In this document: positions 36,183 through 49,311 of the stretch, in pieces
Layout: the number at the start of each line of letters is the position of its first letter
Numbering within the stretch: the first letter of the stretch is position 1
Origin: Octopus bimaculoides
Lineage: Eukaryota
Direction of reading: 5' to 3'
Assembly (NCBI RefSeq): GCF_001194135.2
Contig: NC_069003.1
Location: forward strand, 19,608,188-19,672,187
DNA: 64,000 nucleotides
Program-made: the position numbers and the translations under genes
The notes under the pieces: model-generated
The model's input: the letters and a program-made list of their open reading frames with translations, nothing else
Told to the model about the DNA's origin: nothing
Databases searched by the model: none

Positions 36183-37552
36183 TCTATAATATATAAGTCC
36201 CGTTCTGTCTGTGTGTGTGTAAAAGATTATAATAGCCGTATTTTTCAACTTATTGCATTGAAATTTTACACATAGGTAAAAGACATAACAGGAGGTGCAT
36301 CAGTTAAATTTCATAACATAATTGTTAGTTTCAAAGTGAGATTTGCCCTTCTTTAATCAAAATCTTAATGGAAAATCCAATTTCAATGCCACTTATTGGC
36401 TATCATTCCGCAAATCACATACAAACAACCACTATGTTTGTCCAATCAGCATCAGAGCATTAAGCTTTCTAAGCAATTTCATGAAAGAACATATGTGATT
36501 GCAGTAAAAATCAATATCATTCTAGAATGAACTGTACTCGAACACATGCATCCAGGCATGTCATTCTGTGTTTAATAAATAAGCTGACGAAAGAGTAAGA
36601 AGACAAGGCAATTATTGTGAATAAGTAAAAATTAAATGAAATGTTAACTTTAACGAATAAATGGTACTAATTGGCGATCAGTCAACTGTGTCAATATTTT
36701 CTCACAACAAAATTCAATTGACAATAGAAAAATACAAACCGATTGGTAATAGAACCTGGAAATTTGGGTGATAAATATCCAAAACAGTTTCTTATATAAA
36801 ACAAAAAATGAGTGGTATTTTTCGAATTTTGCGTGACTCACGTGATTTGACACATACATACCCATTGTTTATACTTTAATTCCATTTCATGAAGAAGGAA
36901 TATTAGTATTAACATTTCAAATCATGAGACATTTTTTATCAGTAAGTATAATTGAATGATATTTTGGCAAATTCTTCTTATAATTTTTATGAATTTTACA
37001 GATCAAATTCATCAGATACATTCTAAAAAAAACACTGTTCAGTCAGTTCTGGTAGTATATTCATCCACAAGGGTTGCTACTTTATCATTCAACATCACAT
37101 ATTGCTGAACCCTATATCCCATTTGAAGTTTTCTGGTTATGTGGACTTAAATAACTTTATTTATAAAGAATTTTCATTACTTCCAAATTAATAAGGTAAT
37201 TTTAATGCTAACATCCTTTTTTCCCAAAGAAGCCTGGTTTTGGCTGTCTTTCATTTTCAGAGAAGTTCTAGAAACCGTTTCAATTTGCACATTCTTTTTA
37301 TTTAAATTTCGCATTTAAGTGTGATATTTCTAAGTAATACTTTTTATCTTCTGCTACCTGTCAGTGCACTGGTGTTTGCCTCGATCATTTACATTTTATC
37401 ACAATTGCAGTTTTTGTCGATAGAATATCAATTTTTTTCAAAATACGTTCTATCCACATAACAGAAGCATAAACAGAAGCAGAATTACACTATTTTCGAC
37501 TCCAGTCCTATCACAAACTTACACCGTCCAATGGATGGGGTATATAATAAAA
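36183..37552 (+). mobile_element. Possible non-autonomous Helitron-like element
   Basis: 5' TCTATAATATATAAG followed by a tctgtctgtgtg microsatellite. 3' hairpin CCGTCC-AAT-GGATGG at 37524-37538. No clean terminal CTAG. Confidence 0.4.
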
Positions 37553-37899
37553 AACAAACTAAAGTAATGCAATAACATTATAGCAGTAATAATCAGGTAG
37601 CAGATATAAAATTTGAGTTGTATTAAGCTTGTATACAACAGTATATGACTAACAAAGGCAAATGTAATATAAGAAATGTGTAGAGATCAGAATACAGTGT
37701 TTCTTATAGGGGAGAAGATGAGCTGTTGGGATTTTAAAAAAAAGGTTTAATAAAAATTAATTTGGTTTTGAACTTTTTAAGTTTGTTCAACACCATGGTC
37801 AAGAGAGAGGATGCAAACTATTTTTGTTTCCTCATTAAATGCTTGGTGGGAGGGAGTAAAAAAAATTGTGCTAATATTTCTTCAGATGAATTAAAGTCG

Positions 37900-38110
37900 T
37901 GAGCTAGCAGAAACATTACCATGCCAGGCAAAATGCTTAGTAGCATTTTGTCTATCTTTGCATTCTGAGTTCAAATTCCTCCAAAGTCAACTTTGCCGCC
38001 TTTCATACTTTTAGGAATCGATAAAATAAGTATCAGTTGAGCACTAGAGTCAATATAATCAACTTACACACTCCTCCACACTTGCTGGCCTTGTGCCCAA
38101 AATTTGAAAA
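37900..38110 (+). mobile_element. SINE family B
   Basis: gagctagcagaaac...gagttcaaattcc...tttcatacttttaggaatcgataaaataagtatcag. Confidence 0.72.
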
Positions 38111-38200
38111 TGATATTTCTTTAGATGAGGGGATTTCACAATTGGAGAACCCTGGTTTAACATAAAAGATTTGGAATTTCAAGATCCTGAATATATAGTT

Positions 38201-38585
38201 GCAGGCATGGCTGTGAGGTAAGAAGCTTGCTTCCCAACCACATGGTACTAGGTTCAGTCTCACTGCATGGCACCTTGGGCAAGTGTCTTCTACTATAGCC
38301 TCAGGTTGACCAAAGTCTTGTGAGTGGATTCGGTAGATGGAAACTGAAAGTAGTCTGTCGTGTGTATATACATGTGTGTGTCTTTGTTTCTCTCTCTATC
38401 ACTGCTTGACAACTGGTGTTGGTGCATTTACAACCCTGTAACTTAGTGGCTCAGCTAAAGACACTGGTAGAATAAGTACTAGGCTTAAAATAAAAAATCT
38501 TGGGGGTCAATTGGTTTGAATAAAACCATTCAAGGTGGTGCTCCAGCATGGCTGCAGTCAAATGACTGAAACAAGTAATAGAAAA
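38201..38585 (+). mobile_element. SINE family A, full length
   Basis: Box A-like TGGCTGTGAGG, box B-like GGTTCAGTCTC, ccttgggcaagtgtc body and gactgaaacaagtaa tail. Confidence 0.82.
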
Positions 38586-39109
38586 GAAAAAAGAATTTGT
38601 GATTTGCAGTCTGATATTGTAACTTTCACTTTCTGTGCTTCAACAAAAAAAGTTGCAAAGAGTCTTATGTAAATGGTAGTAAAAACATGTGGTCTTTGTA
38701 TTGCAAAATAAAAAAAAAAATACATTACAATCATGGATATATTGAAATGCCAAGTCAGAGGTATTTGGTAAGTGTAAAAATGAATAAAAATGGAATTTAT
38801 TTAAAGACAAAGAGAGAGAAAAAAAAGAGCAATTGACAACAGAAACAAAGCAACAATGTCTATTAAAAACAATATCAAACTTGAGAATGCAGATCTAAAT
38901 ACATGCAGAATGAAACATTAAGATACAAAATAAATTAAAATTATCCCACCAAACAATGAAATAAAGTATTAAAAAAAATAAAATGAGTTCTAGATGTGGT
39001 AAAATTAAAATAAAAACTAATAATAAACAACAGCAATAACCATTACAATAACAGTAAGCACAAAATCATAGAAATGAAATAGAACATCAAAATAAATTAT
39101 AAATAAAGC

Positions 39110-39142
<33 letters not shown>

Positions 39143-40598
39143 TGTATGTTTGGTGAACCCTAGGGGAATAGCCATATGAGATATAAGTTACTCTAAAATC
39201 TCTGAGTGATTGATAAGATGTAAGAATTGACAAGCTAGACAGATGGAAATTACTTAAGAAAATCTAATGCATCAGATGGAACAAAATGTATTAAGACCAT
39301 CCCAATAAATAAATCTCTACAATCACTTTCTCTGCAAAAAATAAAGATAGAACCCAAATCACCATCCAGATACTACAACCATTTTAAAAAATGAAACAGG
39401 ACACAAAGCAATGGTCATGACTAGTGATAGGTTCTACTCCATCAAGCTGGCCAGGAGTTAAACAGCAAATGTATTAAGAAGGAATATGATGATAAATCAT
39501 GCATGTCTGCATGGTCAGGAGGTTTATTTTATGACCATGTTGTTCTTGATTTAATTCACAGCATTTCACCTTAGGCAAGTTCTACAAGAGCCTTCTTGGG
39601 TTGCTGATGCCTTGTGAGAAGAATTTCATAGATGGAAATACATGCATGTCTATAAATATAAAGGCATCATATAGTCAACGAGTTAAGCAATTCATCTTAC
39701 AACTATGGAGCCCAGGGTTTGGCCACTGTGTGGCATGTTGGTCAAGTTTTTTCATACTGTTACCTATGATTGACTTAAGCCTTGTGAGTGAAACAGTATA
39801 CAAAACCATATGGAGGACCACAGGTTGGATTGTACTTGCTGTTCAAAAGTCCAATTTTGTTACAATCTGTAACACTGATTCTGCCTGAGGATTATGTTAA
39901 TGGTAAATGTCTATGGAATACCAACTTACATGCTAATTCAATGAGCAGGTCAATAAAGGAGGCTTACAAATGGTAGCTCAATCTGCTAGAAATAGTAGCC
40001 AGAAGGGGGGAAAACAGATAATATAGTCCTAGGTAACCTCTAAAAGTTCAGGGTAGTTAGTTAAGGCTGGAATACTTTTGCTCATAGTTCTGCTTGAACA
40101 GGTTGCCCAAGGATTAAATAAAAAGAACATAAATGTTGGTTTAGGCTAAACTAATTTGTGATTCAACTGTAGTTATGTTAGGTTTTATAATTGTATAGGC
40201 CATTCTTAAAATGAAAATTTAAATTGGCATGGTAACCTCAAGTCTTTTCTTTCTATATAAAGCAATGCACAAACAACCAAAAATTAAAATGAAAATAAAA
40301 ACTATCAATAACAAAAAGCAATCAACACTATACAGAGACACACACACACATATATATATCTGTAAAGAAGCGAACCTGAGAAAAGGGGAAGGAGGCTGGG
40401 AGCAGGAACTTTGCATCCCCACGAGCCTAGATAAATAACAGATACATTATTGGTTAATTAATGTTGGCATATGTTACAAAACACATACATTGTAGATAGT
40501 GTAAGACATCAAACACACCAAACAGGCAATCACAAGGTAGACCTTTCAGGTAACCAGCAGACTTGTTGATACATTTAATGGTTATCATTCAGGTATCA

Positions 40599-40884
40599 AG
40601 CAGTCATCATTGAAACATCTGCCAATCATCATTGAGATGTGTAGCAGTTATCACTGAGACATCTGACAGTCATTTTTGAGACATCTAGCAGTCATTGTTG
40701 AGACATTTCATAATCATTCTTATGCCATCTAGCAATCATTGTTGAGACATCTTGTAGTCATTATTGAGATATCTAGCAGACATCATCAAGATATCTAGCA
40801 GTCACCATCAAAATATCTAGTATTCACCCTTCAGACATGTAGCAGTTAACTTTCAGTCATTTATAAGTCTTCACTGAGACATCA
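40599..40884. repeat. 22-bp minisatellite, 13 indel-free degenerate copies
   Basis: Consensus AGCAGTCATCATTGAGACATCT. Units start at 40599, 40621, 40643 and so on up to 40863. Confidence 0.9.
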
Positions 40885-42784
40885 CCATTTGATGGGTGAT
40901 CAACAATGACTGTTCAGTGTTTGCTGTAAGTATATTGTCATTGATCCTGTCATAGAGGAGGTTTCCATTTTGGAGTTATTGGGGAGATGTTTAGGATTTA
41001 GGCAACTTTATTTGTCTATGTCAAACAAGGTTATGTCTTCAGCACTAGACATTAAACTATCGTAAATCATCACAGACAATCATGACACATCAAAAAGATA
41101 CTTGTTGGATCTTTCATAACATCATATGTTATTAATTAAACAAGAATTTTGGTAACCATACCACACATTAAAATGCAACTCCATCTTGACGCATTAAATC
41201 ACACCATAAACATAATTTTATGATGTTTAACACAAATTTCTGATCAGTAAACAGGTCATAAAACAATCATATCAAAAAAGTATTATTTAAGATGCATGAC
41301 ATTAAAGCCATCATTAAGATAATTATGTATCAGAAACATAAATTAAGATAATTATGATATTAAAAACATCATTAAAACAATTATACAAGATCACAAACAT
41401 TATTGGCCCTTTTGAAACCATATTTCTAATTATATATACTGCCTATTATGTTTTTATTTTTTTTTTTAATAATCAAATGCAAGAGGGATTTCATAAAATA
41501 ATTAACTCTGTCATTATTAAGGCAGTTATGAAAACTAGTATTAAAAGAATAGTATATGAAAAATATTAAAATAATCATGGGCTATTAATTACATTACTAA
41601 GACAAGTGTGTGAAAATTAACAGATTACTAATATGATAATATAAACATATTAATTACAGTAATTTTGTGATACAAAACGTTAAGGTGTGCACTAAATGCA
41701 GTTTATTCGAAAAATCATGTGATACAAAAAATAAATAAATAAGAGGATTGAAGTAGAATATTTTATGCTAATCTAAAATTAGAACTTGTTATACACACAT
41801 ATTTGCACATATGGATGCATACATATACACTTGCATACACACACAATTTGTCAGAAGTAGTTATGTGAGGCATCAGTTTATGAGCATGTTCAAACCCAAG
41901 TAACACAAGCCTGGCAATAAATCTGTCCAACCACGACCACCATGAACAACCACCTTTTTTACAATTTCTCAAAGTCCTGCGATGGAGGTTCTTACCAAGT
42001 TTTAATGGAGTTGAGGATAAAATTGGAAAATTGGTGAGATCACTACTTTCTTTTAAATTCATTTTCATGACAGTCAGAGGGACAAGGACAGCACCCACAA
42101 CATTTTACAGGGTCACTGAGATTGATGGTAGGGTGGGTATAGCAGGACTTGTGAACCAATCATTGGCATACAGGAATAGGAAAAGGAAGTATGACATTGA
42201 GATATCACATTATCAATCACCAAACCAGAGACTGATTTTCATGTTTGTTGCAGAGTGGACTCCGTTAAAGACCACCCAAAGACCAAGTTGTGGGGGTAGT
42301 GGTGGAGGCAAACAGGTGAAGAAACCTATAGATCAGCTCTAGTAAAAGATCAATGATGAAGAAAAACTGGCAGAATGGCAGGGGTAGTAGAGAACCAATC
42401 AATATATTTAAGTGTTTTGGTGTTGTTTGTAATTGATTGGTGCTGTTTGTTATAGCCACAAAACAATGCTGACAAGGGATAACCATGATCAAAGTCATAC
42501 CAGTTATGACCATCCAGCCTTTTCCCTATCCACAGTGCATATAGGATCACATTATTCAATAGGTTCTATTTTCTCCAAGACATTTGGGAGTAATTTGTAG
42601 GAGATTTGGCTGTTACTTCTAGCAGGTCAGGTGATTGTATAGAGCAGCAATTCCAAAGCTGGGTTACACAAATATAGCATAATGAGGGTCTGAGAACTGA
42701 GTCCAAAATTTGTAAAGTAGACAGACTTTTCAAAAACTTGGAGCTGTTGAAAAATTTGTTTAACAAAAAGGGTCCTTGGTAGTA

Positions 42785-42965
42785 AAAAATTTAAGAAGCA
42801 TCCCTACCTAGTGTTTGTTGATCTGTAGAAGGTATTTGACAGGTTACTACAATCTGTAGTCTGTTGAGTTTTAAGGAAACTTGATGTAGTTAAATGACTT
42901 CTGCAAATGATTCAAGTCGTGCAGAGAGATGCAGTCAGCAAAGTAAGAGTTAGCAATGAGTTTCC
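42785..42965 (+). mobile_element. RTE-clade LINE RT fragment
   Basis: KKHPYLVFVDL*KVFDRLLQSVVC*VLRKLDVVK*LLQMIQVVQRDAVSKVRVSNEF resembles LYLAFVDLEKAFDRVP...YRDAVSKVRVGNE. Confidence 0.75.
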
Positions 42966-43547
42966 AACCAGAGCCCACAAGGATAATGCTTGCAGGATCT
43001 GTATGCTGGGTTCAAATTTAATTAAGAAGATAGGCTTTGCAAAAGCCTGGAATCATCATCATCTTTTAATGTCCATTATTCATGCTGGCAAGCTGGAGAG
43101 CTCGCAGCAGGCTCCAGTATGACTTGGTTTGGTTTCTACAGCTGAATGCCTTTCCTAACACCAACCACTTTATATTATGTGTGCTGGGTGCTTTTAATGT
43201 GGCACCAGCACAAGTGCTTTTTATGTCGCACTAGTACAAGACTTTTGCAGGCCGATCCTCTTCATCTGGGAGTGAAAAGGTAAGAAAACACTAACATAAA
43301 GATTCCCTCTTCAGTTCATATATTAATTAATGAAAGTAAAATGCAGAATCTAAACAAATAGATGAGGACTTGTGTTGGCAACATTGCTAACAACATCTAA
43401 GAAAGTTTGTAGATATCAGTAAGTTTAGTTGTTGCCGAAGGACTTCAATCAACAACATTAGAGCTTTTCTTTCTTCTATTCATCACAGCAACTAAACTGA
43501 CTGAGGTCCCACAAACATTTTTTTGGATATTACTTAGTATTATGTCA

Positions 43548-43790
43548 TAGGCATGGCTGTGTTGCTAAGAAGTCTGCTTTTCAACTGTGTGGTTTCAGGT
43601 TCAGTCCCATTGTGTGGCACCTCATCTTGTATATAAATCTCCAGGCCAACCAAAGTCTTGTGAGTGAATTTGGTGGATGGAAATGAAAAAAAAAAAAGCT
43701 CAGTGTGTGTGTGTGTGTGCGTGCGTGTGTGTGTGTGTGTGTACATGTGCATATGCGTGTGTGTCTTCTTGTCTTGAAATTCTGTAAAAG
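43548..43790 (+). mobile_element. SINE family A (3' truncated)
   Basis: Head and body match family A. Confidence 0.72.
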
Positions 43791-45180
43791 TTGTAAACAA
43801 GTATTATCATCATACAAGCAGTGCCCGTTGTTTTCAATCTGCCATGAAAACATGCCTGGTCATGAGAAAATATGACTTTGCTTGGAAACAGGTAAGGGTT
43901 GGCAACAGGAAGGACATCTGACCCATGCAAGCAATTGTAAAGTGGACACTAAAAGTCATCATCATTTTCATAATCCTTCATGTTTCTTATATTTGAAGTC
44001 TTGCTAGATGTGACCCTGCCCTTTTAGCAAGGTCTCTAGTCAAATATAAGGATGGAATAAAAAAACCATGATGGACAAGCTTCATTAAATTCAAGTAACT
44101 GAGGAATATCAAGAATAATCCTTGGTTTTATAAGAAACCGAGTAGACATCTTGGGTTCCATAACATATATGGTGGACATTTCCAAAAACTAGAGACAATT
44201 GTGAAATTGTTTTGAAGTTTCAGTTTTTCCACCTATACTGACCCTAGACAAAACCAGATCAGCCAACCAGAAGCATGTAAACATCATCAATTACAGATTC
44301 TGTTAATTAGATATCCACAAGCCAACAAAGGAGTTTCTATATGGTATTTCAACCTATGAGAAATAGCAGCCGAATAACCCTCAAATCATACCCTGCAGTC
44401 TTAAAATACAATTCAAAGGATACATTAGATAATGTATCCCCAAATGGACTATGAATAAAAGATGCAATAGAGCTGACCAATTCATCTTTTCATAGAGGTT
44501 TGTTTAATCAGGGCTTAGATGGACTTAAGAACAACAACAACCAGATACAATTAAAATAATTTCTTACAACTGACCAAAACAAATGAAACTAAGCGTCAGA
44601 GTGAACAGCGACCATGCTGGAGTACTACCTTTAAGAGTTTGCATCAGACAATCCCAAAACGTAGATGGCACGTATTCTTTCAGTTTCTATTTATCAGATC
44701 ACTAAATCTACTTGGAGTTATGTCCCTCAAACGATACTTACCTCCCCTTAACCACTAACATCTACTACTACCACTACAAGGAGTTTATATCAATCTACCT
44801 ATTTACGAAGCCCACCCGCCATACACACAATCTTAAATATTTACTGTTTTTGTTTTGCCAGAAATAAAAGTCAAGTGTCCCTGAAATCACACCTGCCGTT
44901 ATAAAAGGAAGGACAACTTGTATGATATCATTAAAAGTAAAACAGATAATATTATTGCAGATGGAAAATCCTTTAAACATAAGTGTGTTCTATCAGGCAT
45001 ATAACCTGGTATTAAACACCAATAAATGGTTATTTTTTCTTTAACTTTTGTAAGATGTACTTTCCAATATTACAGATTTATCTAGACCAGATTTTCTAAA
45101 ACATTTTTGAAGATGTAGAAAACTAAAATAAGAATAAAACATTATTGACAATTTGGGGATTTAGAATTTGTAAGCATGAA

Positions 45181-45672
45181 TTTTACCTTTTACTTGTTTC
45201 AGTCAACTGCAGTCATGCTGGAGCACTGCCTATAAGAATCTTTGGTCGAATGAATCAACCCCTGAACTTTTTTTTTTAAGCCTGGTTCTTTTACAGGTCT
45301 CTTTTGCTGAACTGATGAAGTTACAGGGGATGTCAACAAAGACACAAGGACATATGAATGCACACACATACACATATATATATACAACAGGCTTCTTTCA
45401 GTTTCCATCTAGCAAATCCATTGACAAGGCTTTGGTTAGCCCAAAATGGATTGCATTTTTCATTATTTCATTTTATTTTTGAATGGCTTAGTGAAGGGAG
45501 GAATGGCTAAGTCAATGAACATTTTGGGGTATTTCAAGACAGCAATGATTCAGAAACCTAGCCTGAATACTTTACAACAGAAGTAGAAGACACTTGCTTA
45601 AGATGCCATGCAGTGGCATTGAACCTGGAACCAAGTGATTGGGAAGCAAACCTCTTATCACACAGCCACACC
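45181..45672 (-). mobile_element. SINE family A interrupted by a ~132-bp foreign segment
   Basis: SINE sequence stops at ...gttagcccaaa (45445) and resumes at cagaagtagaagacacttg (45578). Confidence 0.8.
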
Positions 45673-46319
45673 AAGGATGCAAACTAAAATTATAAAAATT
45701 TATTAACCTAAAATAATAATTTTGGCACAAGGGGAGCAATTTTTAGTGGAAGGTAGTTAGTTGATACCAATGACCCCAGAACTTCACTGGTAATAAAATT
45801 TATTGACACCAAATGGATGACAGTCGAAGTAGACCTTAATGAGATTTGGACTTAGAATGTAAAGAGCAGGGCTTATTGTATACAAAGCTCATGTGCAGAA
45901 AAATGATAAAAAAAAACTGTAATGATTTAGAGACCACTGTTAGAATAATTCCTTATTTGTTCCTCAGGGAAATATTAACATTTCAATTAAACACAAAGCT
46001 AGAAATGGTGTATTTTGACTTAATAAACACCAATGCATTTCCGATACTTATTTTATTAATCATAGAGAAATAGGTACCACTGACTTTGGCAAAGTTTTTC
46101 ACTTAGAATGTCTAAAAACAAACCTACATATGGGATAAAGCATACACACTACTGTTTGAGTTTAGAGTGCCAACTTGCTAAAATTAATGGATTGCATTTT
46201 TCATTGTTTCATTTTTATTTTTGAATGGCTTAGTGAAGGGAGGAATGGCTAAGTCAATGAACATTTTGGGGTATTTCAAGACAGCGATGATTCAGAAACC
46301 TAGCCTGAATACTTTACAA
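45446..46319. repeat. Local direct duplication, 45446-45577 and 46187-46319
   Basis: The two copies of atggattgcattttt...gaatactttacaa differ by 2 substitutions and 1 indel. Confidence 0.92.
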
Positions 46320-46504
46320 TAGAGTGGACTCATGAGGTGGTGTTAAATCGAGCGACAGATGAAGTATCAAAATTAAGAAGAGAAATAACCCCTTTAAAGC
46401 AATGTTTTTCATGGGGGAAAAGAACCATAACTGATTGAAAATTAGGCAAATTATTATGTTTAATAAATTTTAGATGGTTTTATTAATATTTAGCTCATTA
46501 ATAA

Positions 46505-46715
46505 AGTGGCAAGCTGGAAGAATTGTTAGCACACCAGGCAAAATGCTGAGCTTGTTCGTTTTTATGCTCTGAGTTCAAGTGCTGCCACGGTCAACTGCAC
46601 CTTTCATCCTTTCAGGCTCAATAAAACAAGTACCAGTTGAGCACTGGGGTCAATGTAATCAGCTTCTGCCCTCCAGAACTTGTTGGCATTGTGCCAGAAT
46701 TTGAAACCAATATTT
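46505..46715 (+). mobile_element. SINE family B
   Basis: Head, central cctttcatcctttcagg domain and tail are all present. Confidence 0.72.
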
Positions 46716-47377
46716 TGTTCTTTAGTTCATTCCTAAATTTCCTTGTCTTAAATGGATGTCACACCACCAATGGATATTTAAATCATGTGATATTCCACTG
46801 AGGGCTTTAACTAACATATTTTATTTGACTTTAATTATGTATATGTAACAGTTAAACTCTAAGTAGAAAAGCTATAAATAATGGGCTACAAAACCCTTCA
46901 GATAGAAAAAATTAAAGGCTGCCTAATATTTACATGCCATTATTGAGTTGAACAGTTAAAAATGAATTATTTTATATTCTCTGAAAGGTTCTAAATTCTT
47001 ATGACATCAACTATATATATATATATATATATNNNNNNNNNNNNNNNNNNNNNNNNNNNNNNNNNNNNNNNNNNNNNNNNNNNNNNNNNNNNNNNNNNNN
47101 NNNNNNNNNNNNNNNNNNNNNNNNNNNNNNNNNNNNNNNNNNNNNNNNNNNNNNNNNNNNNNNNNNNNNNNNNNNNNNNNNNNNNNNNNTGCTTCCCTTT
47201 ACATACGCTTAAAGATTAGAAAATGCGAAGTGTTTTGTATTAAAAACTATTGCTTTCTAGGTTTTAAATGAGTAAGAGGGAAAAGACTTCAGTTTTTTTT
47301 TTTTTCTTCTTCTTTAACTACTGAAAGAATGAATATTCCCTAACTGCTTCCAGAATTAGATCATAGTGTACTATGTA

Positions 47378-48962
47378 AGAGGTACATTCGAGACATTTTG
47401 AGACCTTTTTTTTAAAAGAGGCAGTTATAACTCTCTCTGTACTCTTTTGTTTCAGTCATTTGACTGGAGCACCCCCTTTAGTCGAGCAAATCGACCCCAG
47501 AGCTTATTCTTTGTAAGCTTAGTACTTATTCTATCGGTTTCTTTTGCTGAACCGCTAAGTTACGGGGACGTAAACACACCAGCATCAGTCATCAAGCGAT
47601 GTTGGGGGACAAACACAGACACACAAACATATACAAACACATACATATACGACAGGCTTCTTCCAGTTTCCATCTACCAAATCCACTCACAAAGCTTTGG
47701 TCGGCCTGAGGCTATAGTAGAAGACACTTGCCCAAGGTCGGACTGAACCTGGGACCATGTGGTTGGTAAGCAAGCTACTTACCACACAGCCACTCCTGAG
47801 CCCTGTGGAGATTATTGTAATATTACTATGTCATTACTATGGCTGACCTGCCAACATTTTTTTTTATTCCAGATTGGAGGAAATGGCTGTAACAGCACTT
47901 TCAACACACCCTACTAAACAATGCTTCTCCCAGCTGACTAGTCTGCAGGATGCAACGCAATAAAGCTTTGTGTTAAACAAGGCAAAAACACTACAAAAAC
48001 TTATAAAATGCTCCAGACTGCTTATAGATTAACTTTTATGAGCCAAGCATCTGATTTTCACTGGCACAAGAAGTTCAAAGATGGTAAAGAGGTGAGAGAT
48101 GATGAGAGGTATGTGAGGGAGAGGGACGTCTGAACATCAGAGCTGGTTGAGAAAATTTGCAATTTTCTGAATGAATACCATCAAGTATTTATAAAGACTG
48201 ACTGTAAGTATAGTTTGGCATTGGTGTGGCAACTGTACACAGAATAATTCATGAAGATCTGAACATGAACAAAATTTGTGCAAAGTGACAAACAGAAGGA
48301 AAGACCCATTGGTGACAGCAGGGAGATGATTGAGCTCATAACATACAATCCAAGAGTACTCAAGTCTCTGGTGATCTGAGATGAAAGTTGGATCTACTGT
48401 TATAATCCAGAGACCAAGTGACAGAGTGCCTAATAAAAGCATTCTGACGCAAGAAAAGCCCCAGACCCAAGAAAGCCAAGCAAAGCAAGTCCACCAGCAA
48501 GCTCATGATGATCTTCTTTTTCAACAGCAAGGGCATCATCTACATCCACTTTGTGAAGGTTTTGAGGGAGTTCAGGAAGAAATTTCACCACAAAAGGCCA
48601 GAGCTCTTCTACTTGGGTTGGTGGTACCTACACCAGGACAATGCACCAGTCCACATTTCTATCCTGGTAACCAATTACTTGACAGAGATGGGTATCTAAA
48701 CTCTCCCACACACTCCACACAGTCCAAACTTTGCTCAGAACTTCAGGAGTAGTCATTTTGAAAACACTGAGAAGGTAGGAGACTGTTGCAAGAATCCAGG
48801 ACACCTTCATTTTGGAGGACTTCCATGAGGTCTTCACAGAGCAGCTGGAGGACTATAACGAATGCATTGAAATCAGAGAATCCTACTTGTAAAAAGATTA
48901 AAGTTTTGCATTTCTTAGAAATTAATAAATGTTTCTCCAGAAAAAGTCTCAAAACTTCTGGA
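47378..48962 (+). mobile_element. Near full-length decayed mariner element with a nested SINE
   Basis: TA at 47376-47377. Terminal inverted repeats share ttttgagac / gtctcaaaa. Degenerate HTH region (ETYKMLQTAY-like, HWHKKFKDGK), xDESWIYCYNPETK, WYLHQDNAPVH and PHSPNFAQ. The right end runs into an N-gap. Confidence 0.85.
47430..47796 (-). mobile_element. Young SINE family A inserted into the mariner 5' region
   Basis: CpG-retaining family A copy between the mariner left TIR and the transposase start. Confidence 0.82.
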
Positions 48963-49061
48963 NNNNNNNNNNNNNNNNNNNNTATATATATATATATATA
49001 TATATATGGCTTCTTAATGTTATTAATAATGTTGTTGTTGTTGTTGTTATTGTTATTTTAA

Positions 49062-49274
49062 AGGCAGCAAGCTGGCAAAATCGTTAGCACGCTGGGTGAA
49101 ATGCTTAGCGGTATTTCATCTGCCGTTATGTTCTGAGTTCAAATTCCGCCGGGGTCAACTTTGCCTTTCAACCTTTCAGGGTCAATTAAATAAGTACCAG
49201 TTACGCACTGGGATCGATGTAATTGACTTAATCCCTTCCCCCAAATTTGAGGCCTTATGCTTCTAGTAGAAAGG

Positions 49275-49310
<36 letters not shown>
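49062..49310 (+). mobile_element. Young SINE family B with (ATT)n tail
   Basis: Full head, gagttcaaattccgcc box B, central domain and tail; CpGs are retained. Confidence 0.85.

Positions 49311-49311
<1 letters not shown>

Noticed and set aside
40599-40884. CRISPR-like array (also considered for 3-171)
   Set aside because: The units are contiguous with no unique spacers, there are no cas genes, and the context is a eukaryotic intron.
41760-42560. GC-elevated region with several short ORFs
   Set aside because: Probably a decayed retroelement, but no ordered RT or EN motifs could be read.
44730-44800. Strong minus-strand donor GAG|GTAAGT at about 44736-44742
   Set aside because: The nearby acceptors give segments with in-frame stops or non-3n length for this phase 0-0 intron.
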